64,000 bases of DNA from Camelus dromedarius (lineage: Eukaryota), in contig NC_087438.1 of the NCBI RefSeq assembly GCF_036321535.1, positions 7,256,001-7,320,000 on the forward strand. Direction: 5' to 3'. Position 1 is the first letter of the stretch. Each line of letters opens with the position of its first letter. This document shows, piece by piece, positions 39,301-54,300 of the stretch. A model generated the notes under the pieces. It saw only the letters and a list, made by a program, of their open reading frames with translations. It did no database searches and was not told the origin of the DNA. The translations under genes and the position numbers were made by a program.

Positions 39301-42300
39301 TCTACTTGGACATTTTCTACCCTAAGTAATAATTACCAAGAAAGTAAGTCTGATGTCTGCTGCTTTATTCTGATCTGAGGTGAGAATTTTCACTGATGCA
39401 ATTTTTATGCAGGGATCTTCATTCCTATTTGTTGGGAGACCAGGAAGAAAATGAGAACAGTGCAAACCAACAAGTTAACAATAACCAGCATGCTCGAAAT
39501 AACAACGCAATTCCCGTGGTGGGGGAAGGCCTGCACGCAGCCCACCAAGCCATACTCCAGCAGGGCGGGCCTGTCGGCTTTCAGCCTTACCGCCGGCCTT
39601 TACATTTTCCACTCAGGGTAGGTACTGTACAGACTTACCAGAAGTCGAGTCAGATTTCTGCTGGGAAGTTTTGCTGCTGTTACTGGTGCTGTTGGTGTGT
39701 AGTTCTCTTCGAGACATACCTCACAGTCCTGGTAAGAACCCAGATTTCAGTCCTCTCATTATGCAGCATAGTCTCTGTAGATGTCAGATAAGTTTATCAG
39801 ATTTTAGAGGTGGGCCATGGAGTTGGGATTCCATGTGCTATAGCTCTCTGCTGTTTGAAAGGAACAATATGGAAGACCCTAGATCAAATGAGATATTAAC
39901 ATTCTTCATTCATTTCAACTGTGTCAGGAACTGGAATGGGCTTTTTAGTGCTTTTCTCTCTTCAATCCTTATGGTATTAATCCCAGTACTGCAAGATATG
40001 AGCACTAATCTCTTGTTTCCATCTGATGAAACTGAAGACCAGATTGATTAAGGAAGTACCTGCCTCAGTAAGACTTTCCCCCCAGACTCCTCCAGAACTG
40101 TTCCTGTCAGGGGTCACCAGTGACCTTCATGGTATTAAATTCGATGGTCAGGTCTTGGTCCTCACCTCACTTGCTATATTAATAGCACATAGTATGATTG
40201 GTCACTCCTTGCCCTACAAAACATTTTTTTCAAAGTCATTTAGGAATCTTCATGGAGGAATTGTTAACTTTAAGTCTTTAAAGTTAAGAGGTCAGGCAGA
40301 TTTTTAAAAAAGGAAAGTGGGAAGGGCATTCCAGGCCTGTGTCAGGACAGAAGCGGGTTAGACATAGGGGTGGAATTGCAGGGGAGTGAATGTGCCCAGA
40401 GGGGCGGGATACGCAGGCAAGCTGAGAGAGATGGGGAGGGGGCCATCAGAGATGAGGGGAACTCTGAGAGATGAGGCTCTTGGATCAGCAAAGGTTATTT
40501 TCTAAGCAAAAGGTACTTTCTGGTCCAGGTTAGAGAGAAAATCACTAAGGGGTTTCTCGGGCAGGGAAAGCTGGCGAAGGCTCCAGGCCCCTCTTGGAGT
40601 GTTGCCATCTGTCCTTTTCAGTCTTCCTGCTGGAGCTCGGCTCTCTGGGACTTGTTCAGGTAGAGGCAGGCAGCAGTCTCTGCCTTTCTGTCCAGGGTAG
40701 CTGCTTCTCTCTTGTCTCAGTGTGTTTCCTTTTTATCTGCAGTTCTCAATATGGGAGCCACCAGCTACAGCTGCATGTAGCTGTTTACATGTAAACTTAA
40801 TTAAAAATAAACACAGTTTGTAACGGTGTGGAGTGATGTGTTGATTACCTCGGTGGGAATCCCTTCATAGTGTGTACGTGTATCAGATCATATGATACAC
40901 TTTAAGTATATTACAATTTTATTTTTAAGTCTATATACAATTTTATATACCTCAGTAAAGCTGAAAAAAGAAAAAGTACGTTCCTGGTAGACAACACACA
41001 TTCAAAGTGAACACAGTTTAACATTCCTTTACTCATACACACTGACCCCATGTTAAGTGCTCAGTGGCCGCATGTGCAGGTGGCTCCTTTGTCAGGCGGT
41101 GTGGGTGTAGACATCACAGAAAGTTCTAATCGGACAGCACTGCTAGAAAATAAGTTCTCATTTTGTGAAAAGTTAATTTTGTGAATTTGATTTAAAATGA
41201 ATATTTTTAGTTTTAATAAATAATGAGGGAAAATTTAAGCTGATTATGTTTTATTGTTGTGTTCTCTGATTTAAAATACATTTGTTACTTGCTGATGTAT
41301 CGATTATATGGAAGTGGACACTTTATTTTCTTTTGACCAAAATTATAGGTAAGTTTACCTAAAATAAAAATTTCCTTTTTGTGTAAAATGGAAGGAATCC
41401 TGGAGATTTCAAATAGAGGCAGTTTCTTTTTACTTTGAGGGGTGTCATGAAACGCACTGAGCACATGTGAACACTGTTTATGACTCTTATGTTTTGCCTT
41501 GCAGATATTTTTGTTGATTGTCTTCATGTGTATAACCTTACTGATCGCCAGCCTCATCTGCCTTACTCTACCAGGTATGAGCTTATGCTAGCTCTCTGCT
41601 AATGACATCATGAAAAGATGCTTTGTTTTAAAAGGTGTATCTTGCTGAGATGTGATCTTTAATCAAATATAAATTTGAAGTAGTTTTCCCCTCATTTCTT
41701 TATTGACTATGGGGTGGTGTTCTGTGTAGGGCTCTCCATCTCATTGGACTCATTTGTATTGGAGCAGAGGGGGACAGAGTCAAGATACAATTTATGATTC
41801 ACTTTTGGAAGTAGAGTATTCATGGTCACTCAGTTTTTATGGACATTGTCTTATTGCAGTATGGGTTCTCAAAAAGTCTTCTCTGTGGCTTAAGTCATTT
41901 TTTCAAACCAGTGTTTTGATGTTAATTATGTTTGCCTCATTATGTAATTATCTTTTCAAAACACTGCATGTTGTTGCTAGAGACCCTTATGAAGCCAGAC
42001 TGTTCCCTTTGTCACCTAGTAATTATAAATCTGTAAATCTGTAAATTTTAGCTAAATAGCATTTCTTCATCTAACAAGTAATACGCTACGGATGAATTTA
42101 GTGGCTTATCATCTTCTGCAGAGCTCAGGGGTAAATGGAGGTGGAGTCCAAAGCTGGTGACAGAGTGGCAGACACAGCTGTCCCTCCTCTCCCAGTTAGT
42201 GTTTATAGCAAAAGGTAATTTTCAGGTCTTATCGGCATGTAAATGTGTATTGAGTTAGTGTCTTGATTATAGCACTAACTCATATAACTTTATAAATCAA

Positions 42301-45300
42301 ATTTATATTAAATACTTGAGTTTTCCCATGCAGGCTAAGATTGAGGAGGATCAGCTAGTCAATTTAATTTCAAGTAATTTAAAAAAAAAAAGAATACTTT
42401 CTAATTGATAAGAATTGTGATTTCCCTTAAACTGGTATAAATAAAGTTTGCTTTTTTTTTGTATTTCTGCACAGTTATTTTTGACCTTTAGAACTTCGCT
42501 CTTAAGTTCACTACTCACATCTCAGCTGTTAAAATGACAAAGTCTAGTTAAACTATTGGGTGCTGTGTGGTAAATGGATTGCTGAGAAAACTTAGTTTTT
42601 GAACTTTGGACAGCTTTATATTTGTGGTTTTTATGTTCTGTTTTCATGTTTTCTTCATGAAATATTAAATAGTTAACAAAAGAAGGAAACCTAGTTTTAG
42701 TACTTGAATTTGGCAATATAACTACTTTAATTTCATTGGTGCGTAAGTAACTATTTCCCTCTTACTCCTGTCCCACCATCTAGTGGAAAGAATGCAGTTA
42801 CGTTTAACCGTATAGGAATGCTTCTTGTCAGACACACGTAAGGTGGTGAGGCTGCTTTTCCCCCCATAGGTTACTGTCCTGTATCTACATTTTAACTGAT
42901 TTAAGTTTCTACAGACTGGAAACTAACCTGTCCTCTCAGAGACACTTTTGATTAGAAGTATGTGAAGCATAGAATAAAAAATGGCCTTTACATTTTTTAA
43001 AAACCAACCAACCAACCAACAACAAAACAACCTTGGAGTAGAAATATATATATAGAACAGTAGACATTTCTACAGAAGTATCAGGGATACTTTAGTATCT
43101 TTAAATGAACATGCACATGTGTTTATTTCATGTAACATTTATATGTATTTGTAAAAATGAGTTATCTTCACACGAAAACTGGTTTGTAAGGTTGTGGAAC
43201 AGTCTGTGGTTATCAGCATTATGGCTTATAAGACTTGACTGTTATATAAGACTTGACTGTTGGTTTGGCTTGGTTGGAGGCAGTGTGGGTCAGTGGTCAA
43301 GAGCATGAGCTTTGTCATTTTGACATGAAGTCAAATTCAGCTTCCACCCTTGTGTGACCTTGGTTGGGCAAGGTTCTATTGCTGCGCTTTGGTTTTTTAG
43401 TCTTCAAAATGGAAATAGTTGCTACTTGCAGGGTTGTTGGGAGGATTAATAAGAAAAATGTATGAAAAATGCTTGGCACAGCATTTTAGGTATTCAAAAA
43501 TAACAGACTATATTAAGGAGAAATCAGTCCATAGAAAAATACACTGGAAATTTGGGTCTTGCTCTTCTGTGCAGCCTTAGTAAGAGGTAGCCATGTAAAG
43601 AAAGTTACTATATAAATGATTTTGCCTGATAGATTTTTGTGGGTACATTGTAGAATTTATTTATAACTCTGTGTGAGGCTGTCCTTTAGACAACTTTTAC
43701 ATGTTTCCCAAGTTTCAGTATATTTATATCTTAATTTTTTCCTAAGAAAATTAATAGGATATTCTTTGTTATTGAACTTTGTTGTGCCCAGTTACTAAAA
43801 TAAGCTTAGCTTTTTTATCTTGATGAATGAACCAGTATAAGGAAAGTTACTGTAAATTATTTGTAATGTTCCTAAACATTAAAAATATTGACAGCACAAA
43901 TAATAGGAAATAAATTATCCATTTTTGTCCTATTATGTGTATAATGATACCGTTTAATGAGACAAACAACAAAAACATCCTCCTCAGGCTTTTTCAGTCC
44001 CCAGACAACAAGCAATTGGCCTGGCAAGTCAGAGCACACATCACAGGAGAGCTTGTCCCCAGTGACTTAACTGTGGTTTGCTTGTGTCTCAAGTGATTGC
44101 ATTCTTTAGAGTTTGGGGGGTTTTGTTTTTGTTTGTTTGCTTTTAATGAAGACACTGATATATCAAAATGTGGTATCTTTTTACTGATCACTTAAAATGA
44201 TTGAAAATACTAATAGTACAATATTGACACCAGGATTAGAGTTCTCTTTACATGACCACATGTCTCATTTATCAGCCTTTCTATTTTCAGTATTTGCTGG
44301 CCGTTGGTTAATGTCATTTTGGACGGGGACTGCCAAAATCCACGAGCTCTACACAGCTGCTTGTGGTCTCTACGTTTGCTGGTTAACCATCCGGGCGGTA
44401 ACGGTGCTGGTGGCATGGATGCCACAGGGACGCAGAGTGATCTTCCAGAAGGTTAAGGAGTGGTCTCTCATGGTAGGTTTTTCTAATAAAGACTGACCTT
44501 GTCTGACAGGAGTAGTAAATAGTTTCCTGGTAACTTTGGATCTTCTCACTTTTGTTTCTTCACTTTGTTGATAGTGTCAAGAGAGTTGATTTTTTGAATT
44601 AGGAAGAGTGTTCCTTTAATACAGTAGTTTTCAGGTTCATCCTGAGAAACATAGTCAGATGTATTTGAGGGTTAAAAGAGAATCATGCTTTTAAGTGATC
44701 CAGTAAGGTTCTTGAGTAATAATGTAATTAGAAAGCTTATTTTGGAGATATTTTACATTTTTAAGGAATAAGATGTTTTGTAGAATTTAAAGTCAATTTG
44801 TTTAAGTAGAAATTTCCTTTCATGACATTTTTTTCCCTAAAATCTGATTAAAATTTTTTTTTAAATACGTAAAATCTTGACTTCAGAATTGAGTCGATGT
44901 TTTTCATATAAATGGGATTCCTTTAATTATAGTTTGTTGCTAATTCAAGAGTGTCTTGCCTAATGTGAAAGTGTAGTAAGTAGTGGAAATTACTACTCTC
45001 AATAAAGAACTCAGTTGCCACAAAGGTGGGGGAAGAAACGTCCCTGGACGTTGATTGTCCAAGTATGGCAGTTTATTGACTGTAATGTTGGCTGTGTCTG
45101 ATAAGCATGTTTAGGTAAGTGCTTATGCCTTTTCATTTGTATAATCAACTCTAGTTTTGTGTCTGAATTTATATTTTGATTTCATTGAAAGTTTAATATC
45201 CATTTAATACTAGTGTTGAAAGAAAAACAAAAGATTCATTGTATATGAAGAATGGAGGGGTTTAATTGCTGTGTAATCTATAAGATAATGAGACTTAACT

Positions 45301-48300
45301 ATATTTAAAATGCAGAAACTGGCTAATACCAGCTTTCATTTGATATTCTTCCATATTATATTGCCTTGTAAATAAGTAAGTACTGCATCTTAACACCATT
45401 TTAGTCTCTTGCTGTTGAAACTAATGTACTCACTAAGGCTGCCTTAAGACAAAGGGACATCAAGGCCACTCTGAAGACTGGCTCTTGAATAGTATTCTTC
45501 TTTTCTCCTGTGTCTACTTTATTTTCATTTTGTCACTTTGTCCAGATTCTAGAGCTGTGCCAGTAGAGTAGCCATGTGGCTAATGGCTACCATATTGCAT
45601 AATACAGATAAAAAGGACATTTCTATCATCAGTTAGTTCTGTTGGACCGCACTGTTCTCAGGAGAGCTAATTTGATCAACTTGGTTAATTACTTTTAACT
45701 AGGGTTATGTACAGCCCTTCCACTATTCCAGTCTGTCTCAGGGGTCACAGGCCAGCCTGTGGGTGGGCCACCATTGGGTCAGGGGCCTGGGACAATCAGT
45801 AGCTTTTCTTGGACCGACAAAAGCTTCTTTCTGAGAATGAGATTGAGAAAAACAGCACAGCCACCTGGTTAATATGTGTCATAAAATGAATTTCCTATAA
45901 TTTTGTAGCAACAATGCATAATAATTTCATGTTTTTGTTATAGCTAGAGTTTTTATAGTTATGCATTCAAATTTCATTTAAACATGTAACATAAAATGTC
46001 AGTTGTTTAAGGGTAATGTATTTGTTCTGTTAGGCATCAGGTCAAAGAAGAATAAATCTCCATATGAGATAAAAAATTTGGCTAAAAGTCGGACAGACTT
46101 TCTAATGACGTGGCCTTTTGTTTCCTAATAGATAATGAAGACTTTGATTGTTGCGGTGCTGCTGGCTGGGGTTGTCCCGCTTCTCCTGGGGCTGCTGTTT
46201 GAGCTGGTTATTGTTGCTCCCCTGAGGGTCCCCTTGGATCAGACTCCTCTTTTTTACCCGTGGCAGGTAAGTGTGTGTCTCATGGTATTTCTTTATGTAT
46301 TTGGAATCAGAAAAATCCTTAAATTTTTAAAAGTGATTTCAAGAGGGTTGTTTAGAAAGACTCCTTAATTTTTTCTATTCTTGGAGCCCTTGTAAAATCA
46401 ATTAGATAATGGATTTTAATCTATTGCTTTCAAAATATGCGGGTCATATAACTCCTTTAAAAGACCTTACTTTATAGGATGTCACTATTTATTTAGGCTT
46501 CACCAGTATTTAAAGATACAAACTAATGTGTTGATCTTTTCACCTTTAGTTAGGGTGAGATATCTTGTTCCTTTTGGCTTTGAGACTTTAAGCAGTAACT
46601 TACTTTTTGGGTAGTTACAGAATGTTTTCCCACAAAATCACAGACTTATTAAAAAGAACATTCTGAGGGAACCTATGCAGGTCACAACCAACGACCGAAA
46701 GTTCATGGAAAAGGAAATTTAACTTTTTTGTAGTGCTTAGAGCCTGAGGTCAATGTTATAGACCTTGGGTTTTTAAGAGGTGTTAGGGAAAAGAGGTAGG
46801 TATTAACTTCAATCATTCAAAGGCTTTTCAGCCTGTTTAAAAAATTTCCTCTTAGTGTATTATGAATTTTCCAGAAATGAAAATTACCCTCTACTTTCCA
46901 GAAGAAGAACCTCCATAAACTTCATTTAATAGCAAATATTTGCTTGAATGCTTTAATGTGTGCCAAAGCCCTGTACTGTTTGACTTAGATGGAAGTAAGG
47001 CTAATGCAGGAACGTCTTGAGGGCCTACTGGCGGGTCAGAAAGATAGGGAGACTGTGCTGTGATGCGGGCAGGCAGGAGGAGCTGCAGGCCGTGTAGGAG
47101 CGGTGTTCCCAATCTTGGGGGATTTCAGATGCGGTCTTCCGTAAGAGAGAATGTCTAGGACAGGCTAGTAGAGAGCAGAGGGGTGGTAAGAAAGGAAAAA
47201 GCATATTCCAGGAAGGAGCGAGCGGGCAGACCTTGAAGTGAGACAGCACACGTACGGAGGGAGCTGCCTCTTATTCGCAGGTGAGGTGTGCTCCTAGGTT
47301 AGAACTGGAGCGGAAGTGAGCAGGAATGGGCAGGAGTCAAAGAGCATATTGGGGGGTGGGGTGCAGCTCAGTGGTGGAGCGCATGCTTAGCATGCCCGAG
47401 GTCCTGGGTTCAGTCCCCACTACCTCCATTTAAATAAAATAAGTAAATAAAACATAATCACCCCCCAAATATAAAAACTTTTTAAAAAGCATATAGGATG
47501 CCTCTCTGTGGGAGCTGTATTGCAGTGTGGTCTAACAGCATCGGTGATTGAAGGAAAGCTGTTTTTACAGGATAATGCCAACTAATAAAGGTAGAAGAAT
47601 TAATAGAATTAGAAAAATCCCTATTTTGCAATAATTAATAAAGTAATTGATTCTAAGAAGGGTTGTCAGTGGATGCTGAAGCCGTCAGGTGAAGGTTGAT
47701 GGGTCTTTAGTTACTGTTGCTACAATAACAAGTTACCTCACAGCTACAGCTTACTGGCTTAAAACAAACATTTGTTTTGTCCACAGAGTCTGTGGGTCAG
47801 AAATTAAGGCAGGGGTATCCACTTGTGTTTGTTTCCTGTTGTCTGGGATCCCATCTGGGAAGACACAGTGGCTGTTTGATTTGACAGCGTCCGCTGGAAT
47901 ATCTGAAGACTCCATCACTCGTGTGAGGGTTGATGCTGGTTGTTGATTGCGCCTCGCCTGGGCTTGTCAGCTGGATCCCCTTGCAGCTTGGTAGCCTCAG
48001 GATACTTGGGCTTTCTCACATTGCTCTTCAGGGAAATGCGTGTCCCAATGAAAAGGCAGGAGCTACAACGCCTTTTATGACATCATCTCAGAAGTCCTAC
48101 AGCACTGTTTCTACTACATTCTACTAGACGTGCGCAAGTCACAAAGGTTGGCCCAGGTGTAAGGGAAGGGGACATAGACCCCTTCCACTCCATGGGAGAA
48201 GAATTTGCTGCCATGTTTTGATGCCCCTACAATGCAGAAGGAGTTGTTTGCATGGTGGGAAAGTGTCGCAGATTTCTTGATACCTCAAAGAGAAACGCAC

Positions 48301-51300
48301 AGCTTTGTAGTGGAGGGCTTAGGCAGATGCTGCCTTAACCCAGTGGTCGCTGCAAATGCAGCAGGCAGACAGTACATGCCTCCTGACGTCGTGTGGTATG
48401 CAGCACGGAAGAGGGCAGAGCAGCCCCTGGCATCGAGGAGCTGGCTTGGCCTTATCCCTTAGGCCTTGGTGTTCCCTGTTGGATGTAAACAACTCACAGA
48501 ACATCATCATTACACAAGGCCACTCTGACCACAGTCGATTGAGACAAAAGCAAGACCCCTGTCTAATCATGTGTGAACACAGGCAAAACATGAGCTTGTC
48601 TAAACCACAAAAATGACCAAACACACCCTACCCTGGCTGACATGATTGGTTGCTCCTTCATTTCCAACTACAGATTTATTACCCCCAGTCTGTCCCCTCT
48701 GGGTAAGATTTAAGGGACCCAACTACAGAATACTTGTACTTTCTAAACAGCATGTGGTATAGAGCAAAGCTTTGCTTCCTTAAATCCCCCCCAAATGACC
48801 TCACACAAGCTGAAGAACTGAAATCAAGCCTTTTCTAACACTCTCCTTGCTAAGGGTTGCACATTCCCCATACTGTGTGGTCTCCCTCACTGCACTGAGT
48901 ATCAGTGCAGCTTGTTCAGTTAGACCTGTGTTTCTGGTGGTCTTGACAGTACCCAATTTCATGTCCTTGGAGAATTATTTGAAATTACTCAATTTTAAGA
49001 ATGCTTATATATTATGACCTATCAGTTTCACTCTTCAGAATCTCCTGCAAAGCAACATGTACCTGTGTGCAGGAGGCATGAACAAGGCTGTTCTAATATG
49101 TATCATTTTTTGTAATGTCAAAAAAATTAGAAGCAAACTGGATGCCCATCATGACTGAGTAAAATGTGGTGTATCTTTTTTTGGAATCTAGTGCAGCAAT
49201 TAAAAAGAAGGAAGTAAAGCTGTATGTTTTGATATAGATAGCACTTAGACATGTTTTTGAGTAGGAGAAAAACCCAAGTTGTAGATAGCACATGTAGTAT
49301 GGTAGCCTTAATGTTCTGGATAAAATTCCAAGGTTTGGAAGAATATCTTGCTTTTCCTCCATCCCTGACTCGAAGCTACTTGCCTTTCTTGCATCGAACG
49401 ACTGCAGATCTATGGGAGTCTGGGCTCTTTTGGAATTCTAGCAGGGGAACTACTGTGGTGTGTCCTGTGGGAAAGGACTGGAAAGCAGTGGATCTTGAAA
49501 GAGCTGGAACCTCAGTGATTTGTGGACCTCCTCAGGTGAACATTAACCTCACTTGGGTGCCTTTTGGACTCCCAAAGGCCAAGAGAAGGCTGAGTTGGGA
49601 GGATTGAATCTTCCCTGCCTGTGAGCCTTGAAAGGATACAGAAAGTACAGGGAGGCTTTCTCCATGTTCTTCCTGGGGGACTGTTGGCTTGCTATCCCAG
49701 AGGTCTAACAAGTAACAGATCCTTTTGCAGCCCTATGGGATATTCTGTCTGAGCTTCTGAGACACACTGAGCCTACAGAGAAAAATAAGAAATGCTTTGT
49801 GTAAGGGGTATCCAGCAGCCACAGAAAGAAAGATCAGGCAGAACCATCAGAACACATGCCCAGTGACAGAGAACTCTTGTGGAGCCACAGGCATCCAAAT
49901 AGAAGAATAGAAACACAGGCGATTGAGGTGTGTGTGCATGCAGGTCCAACAGCAGCCGTCAAGCGAGGTGAGGTTGGTGTGGTGTCACACAGCGTGGATT
50001 TCAAACAGATTCTGGGTGAATAGTCACCACTGAGGCTCAGGTTGGAGACCTGGATGACTAATGCACAGGGCAAAACTGAAGAATAGGAAATTAAGGGGAA
50101 AGGAAGTGTCTTGGAGGCTACATCTAGGAGACTTAATATACCCATAATAAGGATTCTACAATGCAAAAATATGAGGCACCATTGAAACAAAAATAGGAGA
50201 CAGTTTTAGCTGAATTGAAGAAAGAACTGATACTGTAGGTTGAAAGGGTTCATCCCATTTGGTGAAATGGAAATTGGTGAGAAAAACACATATTTGGGCA
50301 TATCTTAGTAAAATTTCTGAATTTATGATTTCTGAAAGAGAAATCATAAGCTTCAAAGAAAAAAAAAAAAAGCACACTGGCAGTGAACTTTGTAGCACTG
50401 AAAACCGTAAGTAGAAGGGCAGTTAGAGGCCATTTAGATAAAACAGACAAAAACCAAGCTTTCTGTACCCAGACCAAATGTCATCCAGTTGTTCATCTGT
50501 CAGGATGAAGAGGGATATTTGGGAATATGCAAGAGTTCAGTGCATCAGCCTCTGACTCAACTTGAAGATCTTTTAGAAGACTAACCAACCAACCAAACCA
50601 GAAAATCAAAACATCAGGCTCAAGATAATGGGCAGTGAAGAGGAGGGAAAACAGTATGAGCAAAATCCATATAAAACTGATCCTGTGTAATTCCTGTGGG
50701 ACATACGTGTATAAGCATAGAAGGGTGTGTAGGGGAAAGCGTGGAGGGTACACACTGAATGTCCACAGTGGTTGTTGCTGGGGAGGGGTTAGGATTTGTG
50801 CTGGGGGTCACAGAGGACTCCAGCCTTCTCTAGAAAGGGTTCAGTTTTATGTAAGAATAGATTTAGAGAGGTTAGTATAGCTCAGTGGTAGAGAGCATGC
50901 TTAGCATGCATGAGGTCCTGGGTTCAATCCCCAGTCCTTCCACTAAATTAAAAAAACCAAAAAACAAAAACAAGAATAGATTTAAATGTTATATGATACT
51001 TAAAAAAATACTTGCTTTTTTTAAAAAAAAAGATAAACAGAATAGGTTATGAAGGACTTGGTGTGCCGTGTTCAGGGCTGTAAGCAGGGAAGTCTCCTTA
51101 AGTGAACTGATTCGCACTTTAAGAGATCTCTTGGTGGTGGGTGCGGGTGAAGGTCACTTTGGCTGCCTGGTGAGGACGGGGGTGGGCAGGCCGGAGGCAC
51201 AGTGAGGAGCTCGGTGTGGCTGGAGGTTCTCACGGCAGTTCAGCAGCACAGTGAATGCATCCACGTTGGAAGCTCTGTGCCTTTGGGATAATTTCTGTAA

Positions 51301-54300
51301 ATCAGACGTGGCTCCACTGTTCTTTTGACATAAGTAGCTCAGCCAAAGCCAGTAAAACAGCCTAAGGAAGGTTCAGTGAAATGAAATCAGGGCACTGTTT
51401 TATTTGATTGTTGAAATCATTATTAATGTTAAACACTTTTTCTTGATTCTCTTGGTAAAATAATGCAGATTTTTGAAAGATACAAGAATGAATTTAGATA
51501 GAAACATTGAACTTGAGCTGTTGGAAAAAATTCCCTGGGTTTTCCAGCATATGTTAGTCTTCTGTAAGATTGTTACTAATCCAGCAGAACTTCTGTTTTG
51601 AAATGTATTGTAACTAATGCAAGAAGATTGTATAGCCTCTGTTCTGGTTAATTGCTAAACGCAAACAAAAAATCAAAGTGGTTTTTATTACCCTAGGACT
51701 GGGCACTTGGAGTCCTGCATGCCAAAATCATTGCAGCTATAACATTGATGGGTCCTCAGTGGTGGCTGAAAACTGTAATTGAGCAGGTAAGCAAAATCAG
51801 TTTTCGGAAAAAGACAAAGTGATAGTGATTAAGTTTGGCTTATGGGGCTCTTGTTTTCCATTTTCCCATTTTTCTGATTTTCCTACATTTTCTTTAATGA
51901 ACATATATAACTTTTTTTTTTAAAGAAGAAAGGCAGTTTGCTTTTTTATCACCATGAATTTTCATCAGCCACTCTTAAAACTTCCCTTATCTGAAAGTTA
52001 ACCAGTATCTTAAAATACTTAGAATCCTGTCCAAAGTAAAGGCAAAATTTAGCATGTGTGCTTTTTTTTTAAGCAGGAGTTCTGATGAAGGCTTGATATT
52101 CAGGTTTGTGAGCCTGTAGTAGAGAAAAGAGGTTATTGTTCAAGGCAATAGATAAAGAAAAAGATAATAGATTTAAAAAGCAGAGCCATTTGGGAATATT
52201 CTAGCTACATGGCATCTAAGACTATTTTGTATTATTGAACCATCAGATAATTTGGTCATTGTGGTGATAACCTTGAAAAAGATAGACTGTGTTTCTGTAC
52301 TCTGATTATAAGGCTAGAGCAGTAGGATAATTCATTTTAGGAAGATTGCTTCCAAAATAACCAGCGTAGTAGTACTTATTGATGTTTTAGTGACCTAGGG
52401 AATGTACCTAGAGAATGTTAATTACCTGGAGAATGTACTGTGGGCAACCCTCTCATCCCTAAAGGGTAGCACTAAATGAATGCAGTGTTACAGTTATGTA
52501 GCACTGAAGGTACGCCTCCTTTATGTATATGAAATAAAGACAGTAGTTCTCAGCCCAATATGCACAAGAAAATCATCCAGAAATTCGTGTACCTGGAGCT
52601 GCTTGGGGCCAGGGAGAGCCAGGGAATTGGTGTGTGTTTGCCTGCATCTCTCAAGTACAGGCAGATTCTGAAGTGAGGTCGGTTGTGGGGTGAATGGCAG
52701 CGCACCCATTCAGGCTGGGAGTACAGGCCAGCCCAAGTTCAAGTTGCCAGGTGAGACTGGCCCCTGTGGAAAGAAAGGGTTTGTTTAGAGGTGGAAGCTG
52801 TGGAGCACTGGTGATCTCTATAATACCTTACTTTCTGACGCATTCTTTCTCCTACGTGTGTATAAGTTTAAATGAAATGGTTTGGAAACACTGGGATGCC
52901 TTGCTGCAGTCATTTAAATGCATTTGAGTTAAAAGGATTTTGTGGGGATCAGAAGTGGGCCTTTGGAACAGTAAGCCTGTCTGTCATTCACATCCAGATG
53001 CTCTGGCCCACTTCTGAGGGCTCGAGGGATTGGACTGAGTGACACCACACTGTGTGACTGGGCCAGGAGAGGCTTCGGTGCTGGGGAGAAAACACGAGTA
53101 GTGCTCTTCTGTTTTGTCCCCTTTTGCATGCCATCTTCACTTTCCGTTATCCCCAAGATTTCCCCACTTCTATCCATTCTTTCCTCTGCATTACTATCTA
53201 GTAGAACTTTCTGGATAAGATGATGGAAATATTTTAGAAATTCTTGAATTAAAAAGAAGTTCACTGTAGAATTCTTTCATACTAAATCGTTACATAAAAT
53301 ACCTTTTGACTTGTTGAAACTTGATTTATATAAGCTTTTTAAAAACATGCTTCCCCTTATAATGTTTTCTTATATTCAGATAAAATGAATGCAATCTTGA
53401 GTAATAATACAGATCGCTCTTATACAGTTTATATATGAAGTTACTTCAAGTTATGTGATCTTCAATTAAAATTATAGGATGCCATCTGGTATTGTATAGT
53501 GCAAGGCTAATGTAATTATTATTCTAGATTAATGTCTTACTATTTCATTCTTAGCAGAGTTAACTGCAAAGTGTAAGGAAGTAAATACATTTCTTTAAAA
53601 ACTTACAGATACCATACTTAGTTTGTGTTCTAGAATTTACCTTGAGTTCAAAAAAAAAATAATCATTTTTTTCCCCTTGAACCATTTGAATCCTTTTGGG
53701 CTGGTAGATGCAGCTCCCTGTGTCTTGAATTCAGTAGAGATTGCTCTGTTAACCTGGAGGAATTCATCTTGTATTCTGGTTCTGATTCTCCCCCTTGTTT
53801 CAGGTTTACGCAAATGGCATCCGCAACATTGACCTTCACTACATCATCCGGAGACTGGCAGCGCCAGTGATCTCTGTGCTCCTGCTCTCCCTGTGTGTCC
53901 CGTACGTCATTGCGTCAGGCGTTGTTCCTCTACTAGGTGGGTAATGCTGGCTGGGAGCTCAAGTGAGCACCTTTACTGACGTTGTTATGTTCTTATCACT
54001 TCCAGTATCAAAGGCTACTTGGCTCCAAATGCTTTGTTTGTAAATATAAATCCAGCTAAAAGAATGATTTTAAAAGACTTTTTCTTAGATTTCACTACTC
54101 AGGGCAAGATGAGGATCATTAAGCTTTTTGCTAGTTTTTTTTCTCTAGGCAGGTGAGAAAAATATTCACATTTTAAAAATGTTCTTTAGCATAAAGGAAC
54201 ATTTTATGCTAGAGAGACGCTCATTTGTGACACATCAACATGTAGACATAACCTCATCACTTGTGTACCGAGGAATCCTGACAAGACCTTACAGCCAACG

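Noticed and set aside
50866..50941. tRNA-Ala(AGC)-like sequence (also at 47351 and 13110-13181)
   Set aside because: Each copy has an A-rich tail and a poorly paired acceptor stem, and two have flanking direct repeats. These are SINE heads, not tRNA genes.
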